Both the position numbers and the translations under genes were made by a program. A stretch of DNA of 62,540 nucleotides, counting the filler. It is 6 parts of 6 records of this genome, joined end to end, with 100 filler letters (N's around TTAATTAATTAA, not from the genome) between each part and the next. Parts side by side here need not be neighbours in the genome. Positions count along the whole stretch, not along the records: positions 22,667 to 40,995 come from SRR33789315_75; 5 more parts are not named here. One strand, 5' to 3'. The notes below the pieces were generated by a model, which was not told the origin of the DNA, did not search any database, and saw only the letters and a list, made by a program, of their open reading frames with translations. This document shows, piece by piece, positions 23,059 to 34,033 of the stretch. The stretch's first letter is position 1. Each line of letters starts with the position of its first letter.

Positions 23059-23541
23059 CTACTCATCTGCAGAAGGACCATATGTAGCGGGCACGGGTAT
23101 ATCCAGCAAACGTAAATACACGCCAAGTTGTGCACGATGATGCGGCAATTGGTTAATAACCGCACTGCGCAACACCTTATACTTAGGCATTTCCATGATC
23201 GCTACATCGCCTTTAATCATCTTCCATGTTTTCCAATAGTCTTCATCATCTACCTTTAATGCTTCAATTGCTATGGCTGCATTAGCCTTAAGCGTCTTCA
23301 CCATTCCCAATTTATCCTTAGCCTCGTGGGGTTTATAGTCATCTACTTCAAATTCATCACGCTTCATGGTCACGGTTATCCACATAGGGATGTCTGCCAG
23401 GTGATTTCCCAAAGCTCCTAAGGTCATCGATTTCTCATGAGGCGCCCAGTCCATCTTATCTTCGGGTATTCGATTTAAAAAGGTTTCGGTAAGTTTTACT
23501 TCATGCTCCAACTCAGGAACAAGGAGTTCTGAAATTTTCAT
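23059..23541 (-). CDS. DinB/YfiT family protein
   Basis: WAPHEKSMTLG..H and HHRAQLGVYLRLLDIPVPATYGPSADE. Confidence 0.9.
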   Translation of the reverse strand: MKISELLVPELEHEVKLTETFLNRIPEDKMDWAPHEKSMTLGALGNHLADIPMWITVTMKRDEFEVDDYKPHEAKDKLGMVKTLKANAAIAIEALKVDDEDYWKTWKMIKGDVAIMEMPKYKVLRSAVINQLPHHRAQLGVYLRLLDIPVPATYGPSADE

Positions 23542-23676
23542 TTTGATGCATTTTGTGTTTCCGTTCAATTTACGATTAAAAATCAGCTGTTTACCTGCTA
23601 TTTATTCTATTTAATTTAGATTTAACGTTCCCATGAACCTTATTCTTCAAGAATTTCAACACCCAAGATTATATAG

Positions 23677-23684
23677 TATCTTTG
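23677..23684 (+). promoter_or_regulatory. Bacteroidetes -7 promoter element of kdsA
   Basis: TATCTTTG matches TAnnTTTG, about 20 nt upstream of ATG. Confidence 0.6.
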
Positions 23685-23703
23685 CCGCAGCTTAAGAAAC
23701 CGT

Positions 23704-24519
23704 ATGCAACTAGATAAAATTCCGCAGTTAAAATATACTTCAGGTAACAACTTTTTCCTACTCGCTGGCCCGTGTGCCATCGAAGGTGAAGAAATGGCCA
23801 TGCGCATTGCCGAAAAGGTCGTGGCAATTACCGATAAACTCCAGATTCCCTATGTGTTTAAGGGAAGTTTTAAAAAGGCCAACCGCAGCCGTATCGATAG
23901 TTTTACGGGTATAGGTGATGAAAAAGCATTGAAAATTCTGGAAAAAGTTTCAACAACCTTTGGCGTTCCTACCGTGACAGATATTCATACAGAAGCAGAT
24001 GCCGCTATGGCTGCCGCCTATGTAGATGTTTTGCAAATACCGGCTTTTCTGGTGCGCCAGACAGATCTTGTTGTCGCTGCTGCAGAAACCGGTAAAGTGG
24101 TAAATCTTAAGAAAGGGCAATTTATGAGCCCAGAAAGTATGAAGCATGCCGTGACTAAGGTTACCGAAACCGGAAACCCACAGGTTATGGTTACAGATCG
24201 CGGAACGATGTTCGGCTATCAGGATCTTATTGTAGATTTTAGAGGCATTCCTACCATGCGCCAATTTGCTCCCACTGTGCTCGATGTAACGCATTCGCTA
24301 CAACAACCCAATCAATCTAGCGGAGTTACCGGCGGTCGTCCAGAGATGATAGGTACGATGGCTCAAGCAGGGATTGCTGCAGGCGTTGACGGACTTTTTA
24401 TCGAGACGCACTTTGATCCCAAAAATGCTAAAAGCGATGGCGCCAATATGCTCGATCTTGCTTTATTAGAAGGATTGATGACCAAACTGGTTGCTATTCG
24501 CGAAGTGATAGTCGGATAA
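23704..24519 (+). CDS. kdsA: KDO8P synthase
   Basis: AGPCAIE, KANRS, QIPAFL, KKGQF, DVTHSLQQP, SDGANML. Confidence 0.97.
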   Translation: MQLDKIPQLKYTSGNNFFLLAGPCAIEGEEMAMRIAEKVVAITDKLQIPYVFKGSFKKANRSRIDSFTGIGDEKALKILEKVSTTFGVPTVTDIHTEADAAMAAAYVDVLQIPAFLVRQTDLVVAAAETGKVVNLKKGQFMSPESMKHAVTKVTETGNPQVMVTDRGTMFGYQDLIVDFRGIPTMRQFAPTVLDVTHSLQQPNQSSGVTGGRPEMIGTMAQAGIAAGVDGLFIETHFDPKNAKSDGANMLDLALLEGLMTKLVAIREVIVG

Positions 24520-24570
24520 AATACATTTCATTTTTTTTTACAAATCATTTTGTTAGTTCGGTTATTTCAT

Positions 24571-24596
24571 TTTACTTTGCCATTCAAAGTACTTTA
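24571..24596. promoter_or_regulatory. Palindromic operator candidate, copy 1
   Basis: TTTACTTTGccattCAAAGTACTTTA, 24/26 identical to 25555-25580. Confidence 0.7.
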
Positions 24597-24598
24597 GT

Positions 24599-25243
24599 AT
24601 GGAAACAAAGGATTATTTAAAAGATATCTCAGACATTAAGTCTATGATGAGTCGCAGCAGTCGGTTTATCTCCTTAAGTGGCCTGTCTGGAATTATGGCA
24701 GGTATTTATGCCCTCATAGGTGCGTTTCTTGCTAAAACACGTTTAGACAGTATCCCACGGTATGAGGATGCTAATTTGCTGGATGCTGTACGAGCGTTTT
24801 TTATTTCGGCAGATGTAATCGGGGATCTTATTCTGATAGCTTTGGCGGTATTACTAGTCACTATCCTTACCGGAATCTGGCTCACCACTCGCAAAGCAAA
24901 GCAAAATGGTGATAAAATATGGAATTCAACCAGTAAACGCTTGCTATATAATTTTACAATTCCGTTAGTAACCGGCGGTATTTTTTGTGCGATCCTTATA
25001 CAGAACCATTTAATTGGATTAGTTGCTCCTGCCACGCTTATCTTTTATGGTTTAGCTTTGGTAAATGCCAGTAAGTATACCTACGGAGATGTAAAATATC
25101 TGGGCATTGCTAATATTACTATTGGTCTTGTTGCTACGCAATTTATAGGCTACGGACTCTATTTTTGGGCACTGGGTTTTGGTGTTCTCCATATTATATA
25201 TGGCAGTATTATGTACAACAAATACGACCGAAAAGAAGCATAG
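24599..25243 (+). CDS. Multi-pass membrane protein
   Basis: About six hydrophobic segments; RSSRFISLSGLSG motif. Confidence 0.75.
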   Translation: METKDYLKDISDIKSMMSRSSRFISLSGLSGIMAGIYALIGAFLAKTRLDSIPRYEDANLLDAVRAFFISADVIGDLILIALAVLLVTILTGIWLTTRKAKQNGDKIWNSTSKRLLYNFTIPLVTGGIFCAILIQNHLIGLVAPATLIFYGLALVNASKYTYGDVKYLGIANITIGLVATQFIGYGLYFWALGFGVLHIIYGSIMYNKYDRKEA

Positions 25244-25537
25244 GTGAAAAATATCATCAACAATATCAATAAGGCTTTTGACCACAGGATCAGGCTCGGG
25301 ATTATGAGCATCCTGATGGTTAATGAGTACGCAGATTTTAAGATGTTGAAAGAACTTTTAGGCGCCACAGACGGCAATATCGCCAGCCATACCAAAGCAT
25401 TAGAAAAAGAAGAATACATCAAAATTGAAAAATCATTTATCAACCGCAAACCCAACACCCGTTATATCGCAACAAAAAGCGGTAAAGCAGCTTTTCAAAA
25501 ACACATCGAAGCTTTAGAAAAATTAATCAATCCTTAA
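25244..25537 (+). CDS. Winged-helix transcriptional regulator (ArsR/MarR-like)
   Basis: RIRLGIMSIL...FKMLKELLGATDGNIASH..ALE..YI..KSF..RKPNTRY. Confidence 0.88.
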   Translation: MKNIINNINKAFDHRIRLGIMSILMVNEYADFKMLKELLGATDGNIASHTKALEKEEYIKIEKSFINRKPNTRYIATKSGKAAFQKHIEALEKLINP

Positions 25538-25554
25538 ACTATTTTTTTACTCTT

Positions 25555-25580
25555 TTTACTTTGAAATTCAAAGTACTTTA
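25555..25580. promoter_or_regulatory. Palindromic operator candidate, copy 2 (upstream of creD)
   Basis: TTTACTTTGaaattCAAAGTACTTTA. Confidence 0.7.
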
Positions 25581-25591
25581 TAACTACACTT

Positions 25592-26968
25592 ATGGAAAAT
25601 CAAAATGGCAACAGCAACAAATTTGGAAAATGGTTCAAAACCTCTATCACCGCAAGAATGTTTATCGTAGGCATCTTAACCCTTATTTTACTCATCCCGC
25701 TTTTCTTTGTGCAGGATCTCATACGGGAACGGGCACATCGTCAAGAAAGCGTCGTACAGGAAATTAATGACAAATGGGGCGCTGAAGTCCTGATTTATGG
25801 TCCCCTCTTAAAAGTTCCCTATCGCAGTTTTCAACAAAAATCAATTACAGACAGTAAAACAAAAACAGTAACAACAGAAAGTGTTGAAGTAATCAAATAT
25901 GCCTACTTTTTCCCAGAAGAGTTGGACATTAATACCACAGTAGACCCCGAAGTTAAAAGTCTGGGTATCTACAATACCGCTGTTTACAAAAGCCAAACAC
26001 ACCTTAAAGGAACCTTTAAAAAACCTGATTTTAGCGAAATAGATCTTGCAGAAAGCAATATCATATGGGAAAAAGCCCGCTTTTTGATACAAACTTCAAA
26101 TATTAAAGGGGTTTCAGAACAAATGCGTATCGCTCTAAATGGTAAACCGTACCCTTTCCAAGCAACTTTTTCTGATAACAATACAAAACGCTCACAACTC
26201 GTAAAAATGCACCACATGGAAAGTGCTCCTATTGGTAACATCAACTCCCTAGATACTAAGAACCTTGATTTTGCAATGGATATTTCGGTAAAAGGAAGTT
26301 CGCTGCTCCGCTTTATTCCCATCGGGAAAACCACTGCGGCACGAATGGTTTCTGCGTGGGAGACTAATAATTTCACCGGCATGTATCTTCCGTATAATGA
26401 AGATAAAAAACAAGAACACGGCTTTGATGCCCAATGGAAAATACTGGATATCAACCGACCGTTTAGCCAGCAATTTTTTGATCATTTACCTAATTTACAG
26501 GAATATGCCTTTGGTGTCAATTTTATGATTCCAGTAGATGAATATCAAAAAAGTGAGCGCACCGCCAAATATGGTTTTTTAGTCATCGGACTCACCTTCT
26601 TGATCTTCTTTTTGATCCAGACCCTCAGTAAAATCAATATTCACCCCTTTCAATACTTAATGATTGGGCTCTCGCTAGTCATGTTTTACACCTTATTGAT
26701 TTCTATTTCTGAACACAGTAGCTTTCTTAAAGCGTATCTCATTGCTTCGATTGCTGTAATTGCCCTCATCACATTATACTCGAAATCTATATTGAAAAAC
26801 ATCAAGTTTCCGTTATTTATTCTGGCTTCGTTGAGCGGATTATATGGATTTATCTACGTCATTATTCAGTTAGAAAATTATGCGCTGCTAGTAGGAAGTA
26901 TCGGTCTATTTGCCATTCTCGCCACGGTGATGTATGCTTCGCGAAAAATAGATTGGGAACAAGGATAA
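25592..26968 (+). CDS. creD: Inner-membrane protein CreD
   Basis: PVDEYQKSERTAKYGFL, IHPFQYLMIG, LLISISEH, ENYALLVGS. Confidence 0.93.
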   Translation: MENQNGNSNKFGKWFKTSITARMFIVGILTLILLIPLFFVQDLIRERAHRQESVVQEINDKWGAEVLIYGPLLKVPYRSFQQKSITDSKTKTVTTESVEVIKYAYFFPEELDINTTVDPEVKSLGIYNTAVYKSQTHLKGTFKKPDFSEIDLAESNIIWEKARFLIQTSNIKGVSEQMRIALNGKPYPFQATFSDNNTKRSQLVKMHHMESAPIGNINSLDTKNLDFAMDISVKGSSLLRFIPIGKTTAARMVSAWETNNFTGMYLPYNEDKKQEHGFDAQWKILDINRPFSQQFFDHLPNLQEYAFGVNFMIPVDEYQKSERTAKYGFLVIGLTFLIFFLIQTLSKINIHPFQYLMIGLSLVMFYTLLISISEHSSFLKAYLIASIAVIALITLYSKSILKNIKFPLFILASLSGLYGFIYVIIQLENYALLVGSIGLFAILATVMYASRKIDWEQG

Positions 26969-27038
26969 TACGTTAAAACAAAACTAATCTGGTGGGAAAG
27001 CAGGCTAATTAAGGCTTTCCCTCCTTAATAATTCACTT

Positions 27039-27692
27039 ATGAAAAATCTCATTTACACCCGATATAATTTCTTTCAGACCTTAGTACTGAGTTGCCTTTT
27101 TAGTCTTTTCATCTTAATGATGCGTATAAAAATTACCCACGAGTTTCACTACCTTTTTCTGGTTTGGAACTTATTTCTAGCCTTGCTTCCTTTAGGCATT
27201 GCATGGTTTATACGATTTAACCCTAAACTAGGAAAAATAGCAACCGCATTCGGGATTGGTCTTTGGCTCGCCTTTTTACCCAACGCGCCTTATATTCTTA
27301 CTGATGTGATTCACCTTAAAGATACCCCGCATGCCTTACTCTTGCTGGACAGCGTAATGTTGTTTTCTTTTGCCATTACAGGATTACTAGCATGTTTTCA
27401 ATCACTTACCGAAATACGTGGAGTATTATCTACTTGGCTTTCGCCTCAAAAACTAAATTATTTTACTGTAATTGTGCTTTTTCTTTGTGCTTTCGGAATC
27501 CACCTGGGTAGGTTTTTACGTTATAATACATGGGATGTCATAACAAATCCAAAAGACGTGTTTACAGATTGCTGGTCTTTAATAGCAAATCCGTCTCAAA
27601 ACCTTATGGAATGGTTGTTTATGATATGTCTAGGCCTCTTTTTAAACTTGGCTTATTTTTTAAATACCGAATTAAAAAAACAATTTGTCTAA
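27039..27692 (+). CDS. DUF1361 family membrane protein
   Basis: FLVWNLFLA, WLAFLPNAPYILTD, GIHLGRFLRYNTWD. Confidence 0.88.
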   Translation: MKNLIYTRYNFFQTLVLSCLFSLFILMMRIKITHEFHYLFLVWNLFLALLPLGIAWFIRFNPKLGKIATAFGIGLWLAFLPNAPYILTDVIHLKDTPHALLLLDSVMLFSFAITGLLACFQSLTEIRGVLSTWLSPQKLNYFTVIVLFLCAFGIHLGRFLRYNTWDVITNPKDVFTDCWSLIANPSQNLMEWLFMICLGLFLNLAYFLNTELKKQFV

Positions 27693-27711
27693 TTTTAAAA
27701 TAATTAAGAAG

Positions 27712-28113
27712 ATGATACATTTTAGAAACAAAAGGACTTATTATATACTTTTTGCCTTATTTTTCTTTTTAATAGAGATAGGAATAGCTCTATTTTTCCA
27801 TAGTGGCTTTATTCGATCCTATGTGGGCGATTTTATAGTCGTTATGCTCTTATACACAGGGTTAATGGCTATTACAAATTTAGAAATTCCTAATGGTATC
27901 GTGATTGTATTGGGTATCGCCATCGTGATTGAATTACTACAATTGACAGAATTTACACGCAGTATAGGACTTTCTGGAAAACTTATTAAACTCATATTAG
28001 GAACAACGTTTTCCTTTATGGATATCTTGATGTATGTCCTAGGCCTTACCATTATAGGTTTCACAGATTATCAACTCTATGTAAAAAATACACCGCTTCA
28101 AGATAACTTTTAG
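27712..28113 (+). CDS. DUF2809 family membrane protein
   Basis: FIRSYVGD, IELLQL, LILGTTFSFMDILMY. Confidence 0.8.
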   Translation: MIHFRNKRTYYILFALFFFLIEIGIALFFHSGFIRSYVGDFIVVMLLYTGLMAITNLEIPNGIVIVLGIAIVIELLQLTEFTRSIGLSGKLIKLILGTTFSFMDILMYVLGLTIIGFTDYQLYVKNTPLQDNF

Positions 28114-28120
28114 TTTCTCA

Positions 28121-29329
28121 CTATGCATCCACATAATCTTGCAGATAACTGAATCTTTCGGTTAATTGTCCGTTTTGGGTCATTCTAGCGCGTTCTAAGA
28201 TGCCGTCTTTATCCCCGTTAAAAAAGGCGGGTAATACATTTTCTAAAAACATATCGCCAAAACCTTCACTCGCATCTTTGGGCAGTTCGCAAGGCAGATT
28301 ATCTACCGCCATAACGGTGATAGCCCCTTCGGCATCAAAAGCGGTTTCGGTTTCGGTGATGGGGTCATAGCCATAAACAGGAGCTGCAATAGTAGATGGA
28401 CGAATGGTAGATGCTATGGGGCCATCGATATCACACGAGACATCGGCCACTAGTTTAATATTAAAATCGGCTTGCTTGGCATCCTCCCTTGTAAAAAGGT
28501 ATGGTGCTCCATCACCATAAAAATGTCCGGCTATGTAATAATCTGTTACGCTGGCAAAGCGAAAAAAATCAGATTCATAACCTGAAGGGTCATTATAAAA
28601 TTCAGATGCATCTCCTGCTGTACCATCGCTTCTTTTATTATAATCCATAACATCAATCATACAATAGACTGGGAATTCAAATTGCTCGTTTAGATAAGTG
28701 TCAACGCCAACTTGCTTGATTTGTAAATGATCTAGGATTTCTTTGGCACCATACGCCACCTTACCACTACCCGTAAGGCAAATTTTAAGAGCAGGAAGCT
28801 TAATGGTATCTAATGCAGCCAGTACTTCGTCTAGTCCAGCTAGGTCTTCTACTTTAGGTAATGTCCACGTTTTAAAACGCATTCCCCAAGCTCTAAAACC
28901 ATTATACGCACCTACCAGTCCTGCATACCGACCAAAACCGATGAGTCTTGCCCCATTTTCTTTGATTAACACTTCGTGGTCGTAGAATTCGATATTCTTT
29001 GCTAAAATAGCCCGGAGCAAGTTCCGGTTATAAGGTTGTTTTTTGATGGTATGACTAAAAAAGAAGTACTTTTTATCTGGAATTAATGCCGAAACAGGCA
29101 CTTCTTTAACTCCTAAAAGCACCGCTGCATCTGATACATCTTCGACTACTTCAAAACCCGCATCGCGATAGTCCTGATCTTTAAATACCCGAATAGGTGA
29201 ACTCTCTATGATGAAACCCACATCTGGAAATGTTGCAATGGCTTGACGCAATGAATCTGGAGCAAAAACCACCCGTCTATCGGGCGGGTTTTTTCTTTCT
29301 TTTATTAAAGCAAATTGAACTTTAGTCAT
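28121..29329 (-). CDS. AlaDH/PNT-family NAD(P) oxidoreductase (saccharopine dehydrogenase-like)
   Basis: GVKEVP, FFSHTIKKQPYN, DVSCD, MAVDNLPCELPKDAS. Confidence 0.85.
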   Translation of the reverse strand: MTKVQFALIKERKNPPDRRVVFAPDSLRQAIATFPDVGFIIESSPIRVFKDQDYRDAGFEVVEDVSDAAVLLGVKEVPVSALIPDKKYFFFSHTIKKQPYNRNLLRAILAKNIEFYDHEVLIKENGARLIGFGRYAGLVGAYNGFRAWGMRFKTWTLPKVEDLAGLDEVLAALDTIKLPALKICLTGSGKVAYGAKEILDHLQIKQVGVDTYLNEQFEFPVYCMIDVMDYNKRSDGTAGDASEFYNDPSGYESDFFRFASVTDYYIAGHFYGDGAPYLFTREDAKQADFNIKLVADVSCDIDGPIASTIRPSTIAAPVYGYDPITETETAFDAEGAITVMAVDNLPCELPKDASEGFGDMFLENVLPAFFNGDKDGILERARMTQNGQLTERFSYLQDYVDA

Positions 29330-29443
29330 AAAACAAATTTGACATAATTTAAGCGAAAAACAAATCGAATAAATAAAACTTTATACTTATCGTAAATGAG
29401 TAACTTACAAGCCTATAAAATGACTTTAAAAAAAGCTCTATAC

Positions 29444-30262
29444 ATGAAAAAATTATACCCACTAGTACTCCTTTTACTCATAGGTTGTAAATCAAAAGAA
29501 ATTCAAAATATTGTCAATAAAGAACTCGTTACCGTTGATGGTACTATCGAAAAAGGTTTTAATGGCTTGCGCATTTCTGATGGGATTGAAGTAGAGTTAA
29601 GACAAGCGATGACCAATGACTACAGTATTACTGCAGACGAAAGTATTGTAAATGACATTCGCTTTGAAGTAGTAGATAGCGTACTAAATATTTATGCTGT
29701 TCAGGAGATTAAGGGGCTTAAAAAAGTAGAAGTTTTTGTTAAAGCTTCGCAAGTAGATCATATCACTTTAACCCACAATAGTAAGCTACGTGTTGACGGA
29801 GAAATCACCTCTGAAGCATTCACTATAGAAGGACGTGACAATTCTAAATTTGAGATTGATCTGGATACCAAATCTCTTGTAATTAATCTCCTAGAAAATA
29901 GTGGTGGAAAGCTTAGCGCCAAAGGCGAAACCATGCAAGTTACCATGAATGGCAGAACAGATTTAAAAGGTGATTTTCAATTTGAAGAAGTTGAAGCTAC
30001 GTTACGTGACACTGCTGAGTTTACTTTAGACGGAAGCGCAGAAGATGTTTTGTTTAGTCTGGATGATGGTACTACTATAGATGCCCAGGACTACTCGGTA
30101 ACCCATGCAGAGGTTACCTTAGCCACGCGGGCTAAGGCTAAGGTTAATGTTTCTAAAAACTTAACTATTTATGCTAAAGACAGAAGTATTATTGAGGTTC
30201 ATGGCGGTGCTGCCATAAATGTCAAAAAGTTAGATGACAAAGCCAAGATTGTCAAAAAATAG
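29444..30262 (+). CDS. GIN-domain (DUF2807-like) beta-solenoid lipoprotein
   Basis: Lipobox LIGC; repetitive beta-strand pattern. Confidence 0.75.
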   Translation: MKKLYPLVLLLLIGCKSKEIQNIVNKELVTVDGTIEKGFNGLRISDGIEVELRQAMTNDYSITADESIVNDIRFEVVDSVLNIYAVQEIKGLKKVEVFVKASQVDHITLTHNSKLRVDGEITSEAFTIEGRDNSKFEIDLDTKSLVINLLENSGGKLSAKGETMQVTMNGRTDLKGDFQFEEVEATLRDTAEFTLDGSAEDVLFSLDDGTTIDAQDYSVTHAEVTLATRAKAKVNVSKNLTIYAKDRSIIEVHGGAAINVKKLDDKAKIVKK

Positions 30263-30360
30263 CCTTTAGCATTCTTTTTTCTTTTTCGGTATATTCTTTG
30301 TACTGTTCTTTTAGCGAAGAATTGTACTATCTTTGCACGCCTTTTTATAAGGCACTTTTT

Positions 30361-30443
30361 GCGCTAGGGATTGTAGCGGCATCCCCTGAACTTGTTCAGG
30401 GATATAGCGAAAAGCCCGGCACCTACAGGTGCAGCGCCCTAAA
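30361..30443 (-). repeat. REP-like composite palindromic element in the tmRNA leader
   Basis: GCGCTAGGGATTGTAGCGGCAT-[CCCTGAACTTGTTCAGGG]-ATATAGCGAAAAGCCCG...GCGCCCTAAA; related to 22981-23056. Confidence 0.65.
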
Positions 30444-30502
30444 AAAAGAGTTCCTTGAAAAGAGGGTTAGATAATGATCCTGAAATATATTCAGGATGAA
30501 CT

Positions 30503-30900
30503 GGGGTCGATTTGGTTTTGACAGCGGGTCTAGTTGGATTGTAAGCACGTCGAGCGCTGGGACATAAGCTCGTAAATCTCAGGTTTCATCTTTTTTAAAC
30601 GGCGAGAATAACTACGCCTTGGCTGCATAATCCGAATCACAGTAGGATTGCTTAATCCCTAACGAGGTTAGGGACCAAGATGCCTCCGGAAAGCCTTGGT
30701 TTGCGGCGGTCCACTAGGAGGCACCGTAAATGTAAACATAGCTATCGCAGGATCCTGATGCGGTAGTGAAACTTAATCGGGAATAAGGTATCGCTTGGTA
30801 GTTGCCGACCGGGTGTTGCACGAAAATCAATTGGCAAATAAGCGTGTAGAAAGCTTTTTAGCTGCTTGTTTGGACGGCGGTTCGAGTCCGCCCGACTCCA
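30503..30900 (+). ncRNA. ssrA: tmRNA; tag frame GENNYALAA* at 30601-30630
   Basis: 5' GGGGTCG pairs with 3' CGACTCC-A (G3-U wobble); T-arm GGCGG-TTCGAGT-CCGCC; tag ends YALAA; TATCTTTG promoter element at 30328. Confidence 0.97.
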
Positions 30901-30923
30901 CTTTTTAAGTTTCAAACTTCAAC

Positions 30924-30958
30924 AAAAACCCTGTAATCAATTGATTTACAGGGTTTTT
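30924..30958. terminator. Hairpin terminator after tmRNA
   Basis: AAAAACCCTGTAA-tcaattgat-TTACAGGGTTTTT. Confidence 0.8.
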
Positions 30959-31079
30959 TATTTTATTCCATATCAAATTATATTATTAAATATCAATTAA
31001 GAAAGAACCCCAATTACAAGCATCACTAGTATAAAGTGGGTAAACATGGTTTAAACCTACACCAGCTAATTGCGTCCAA

Positions 31080-32099
31080 TTAATCAGGTGTTTTATACAA
31101 TCCCGCAGCCTGTTCTAACTTGCGTTTTATATTGCGCCTTAACAATCGTGGAGAAAGCACCTCAAGACTTTCTCCAAAACCTAAGAGCAGGCGTTCCAAC
31201 TCATAGTTATGATGCACTATGATAGTAAAGGTTATACTACCATCAGGGTGTTTCTCAATAGTTTTTTGTGATTGGTGAAAAGGCTTAGTTACAATGTACG
31301 GAGCATTCTTTCGATCTACTTTAAACACCACTTTTTGTGGGTGCTCTTTTTCTAAAACGGTCACTCCAATACTGTTTTCGTAATAGCGATCTGCATCATA
31401 TCCTATGGGAATATACTCGGTTTTAAAATCATAATCAATACCTAAAATACGATCTAAGGCAAAGGTGAGTACCCGATCGGTTTCGGTTTTTCTTCCCACC
31501 AGAAACCAGCGGTTATTGAATTCTTTTAGCAAATGCGGATGAAAGATAATTTCGCTGGGGTACTGGGCTTTAAAAGACTGGTAGATCATCTTTAGGACAA
31601 CCTCCTTTAAAATAGCCTTATAAAGTTCATCCAGAAGCTCCAGCCCTTTAAGATCTGTGTTTTTATCCAAATGAATAATGGCTGGTTTATGTGTTTTTTC
31701 GGTATAGATTTTATCTTCTAGTTTATTGATGATCCCTTTAAACTCCTGAAACAAGGAGAAATCCTGAAACTGCTTGAGCATATTCATCGTTTCAGAAAGT
31801 ACATTCATATCATTTTCGGTTAACGGAATATCGGTTATCGTATAATTTGGATCGCTATAGCGATAATACTTTCTATCATACACCTCTATAGGTGCGTGAT
31901 ACCCTAATTTCTCGCTCCGCATCACCTGGATATCGAGCTGTAAAGTACGTTTGCTTATATTCATATCACGACCTTCAAACTCATAAAGTGTGTCATTGCA
32001 AGCTTCCATCAAATCCTGGAGGGTCCACATGCGATAGGGGTTCTGAAGACATTTATCTATCGTTTTATATCGAATCAACGCATTTTTAGTAATAGCCAT
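31080..32099 (-). CDS. WYL-domain transcriptional regulator (wHTH-WYL-WCX)
   Basis: HTH ISKRTLQLDIQVMR; PHLLKEFNNRWFLVG...FALDRI; C-terminal LLGFGESLEVLSP. Confidence 0.93.
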   Translation of the reverse strand: MAITKNALIRYKTIDKCLQNPYRMWTLQDLMEACNDTLYEFEGRDMNISKRTLQLDIQVMRSEKLGYHAPIEVYDRKYYRYSDPNYTITDIPLTENDMNVLSETMNMLKQFQDFSLFQEFKGIINKLEDKIYTEKTHKPAIIHLDKNTDLKGLELLDELYKAILKEVVLKMIYQSFKAQYPSEIIFHPHLLKEFNNRWFLVGRKTETDRVLTFALDRILGIDYDFKTEYIPIGYDADRYYENSIGVTVLEKEHPQKVVFKVDRKNAPYIVTKPFHQSQKTIEKHPDGSITFTIIVHHNYELERLLLGFGESLEVLSPRLLRRNIKRKLEQAAGLYKTPD

Positions 32100-32133
32100 T
32101 TCTGAAATATTTGAGGAAAAATAAGAGAAAAAA

Positions 32134-32162
32134 ACTACTACGCAAAAACATTGCGCAATAGT
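32134..32162. promoter_or_regulatory. Candidate WYL operator between divergent WYL and rtcB
   Basis: ACTACTACGCAA-aaaca-TTGCGCAATAGT, arms 10/12 complementary. Confidence 0.65.
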
Positions 32163-32239
32163 GTATGCATATTTGTAGTGTAGTTAAGCATGAGGCTGTA
32201 TTTGGAATCTGGCCTTTTCTTACATGTAGTGCCCCGTAG

Positions 32240-33670
<1,431 letters not shown>

Positions 33671-33750
33671 AATAGAAGGGTTTTAAAGCAAAAAAACCCT
33701 CCTCTTCTTATCTAACCTACAAGATATCTTATTTTATAGAATCTAACAAT

Positions 33751-33797
33751 AAATGGGTGAAGTGCAAGGCAAATAAGCCTTTGCTTTACCTATTTTT
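33751..33797 (+). terminator. Hairpin terminator downstream of rtcB
   Basis: AAATGGGTGAAGTGCAAGGC-aaataa-GCCTTTGCTTTACCTATTTTT imperfect stem plus T tract. Confidence 0.6.
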
Positions 33798-33836
33798 ATT
33801 TTGTAAGACTCACGCTGGTAAAAAGGGCTAGCACGG

Positions 33837-33879
33837 TAGTGAGCTCGCTGCATGGAGCCCGTCGAAGTGTGTCGAACTA
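33837..33879 (+). repeat. Nested REP-like elements
   Basis: TAGTGAGCT[CGCTGCATGGAGCCCGTCGAAGTG]TGTCGAACTA; outer core equals that at 40968-40990. Confidence 0.65.
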
Positions 33880-34033
33880 TCTAAAACCTTATAAAAAATA
33901 AGCATAACCCCACATCTTCACGCGCTTTGTGACAGATACAATATAAACCCCCTACCTGTTTTTTACTTATTTTAGTGCCCTAATAAACAACACGTGTGAC
34001 CAGCTCTGGCCATAAATAAATAAAGCTCCCCTC

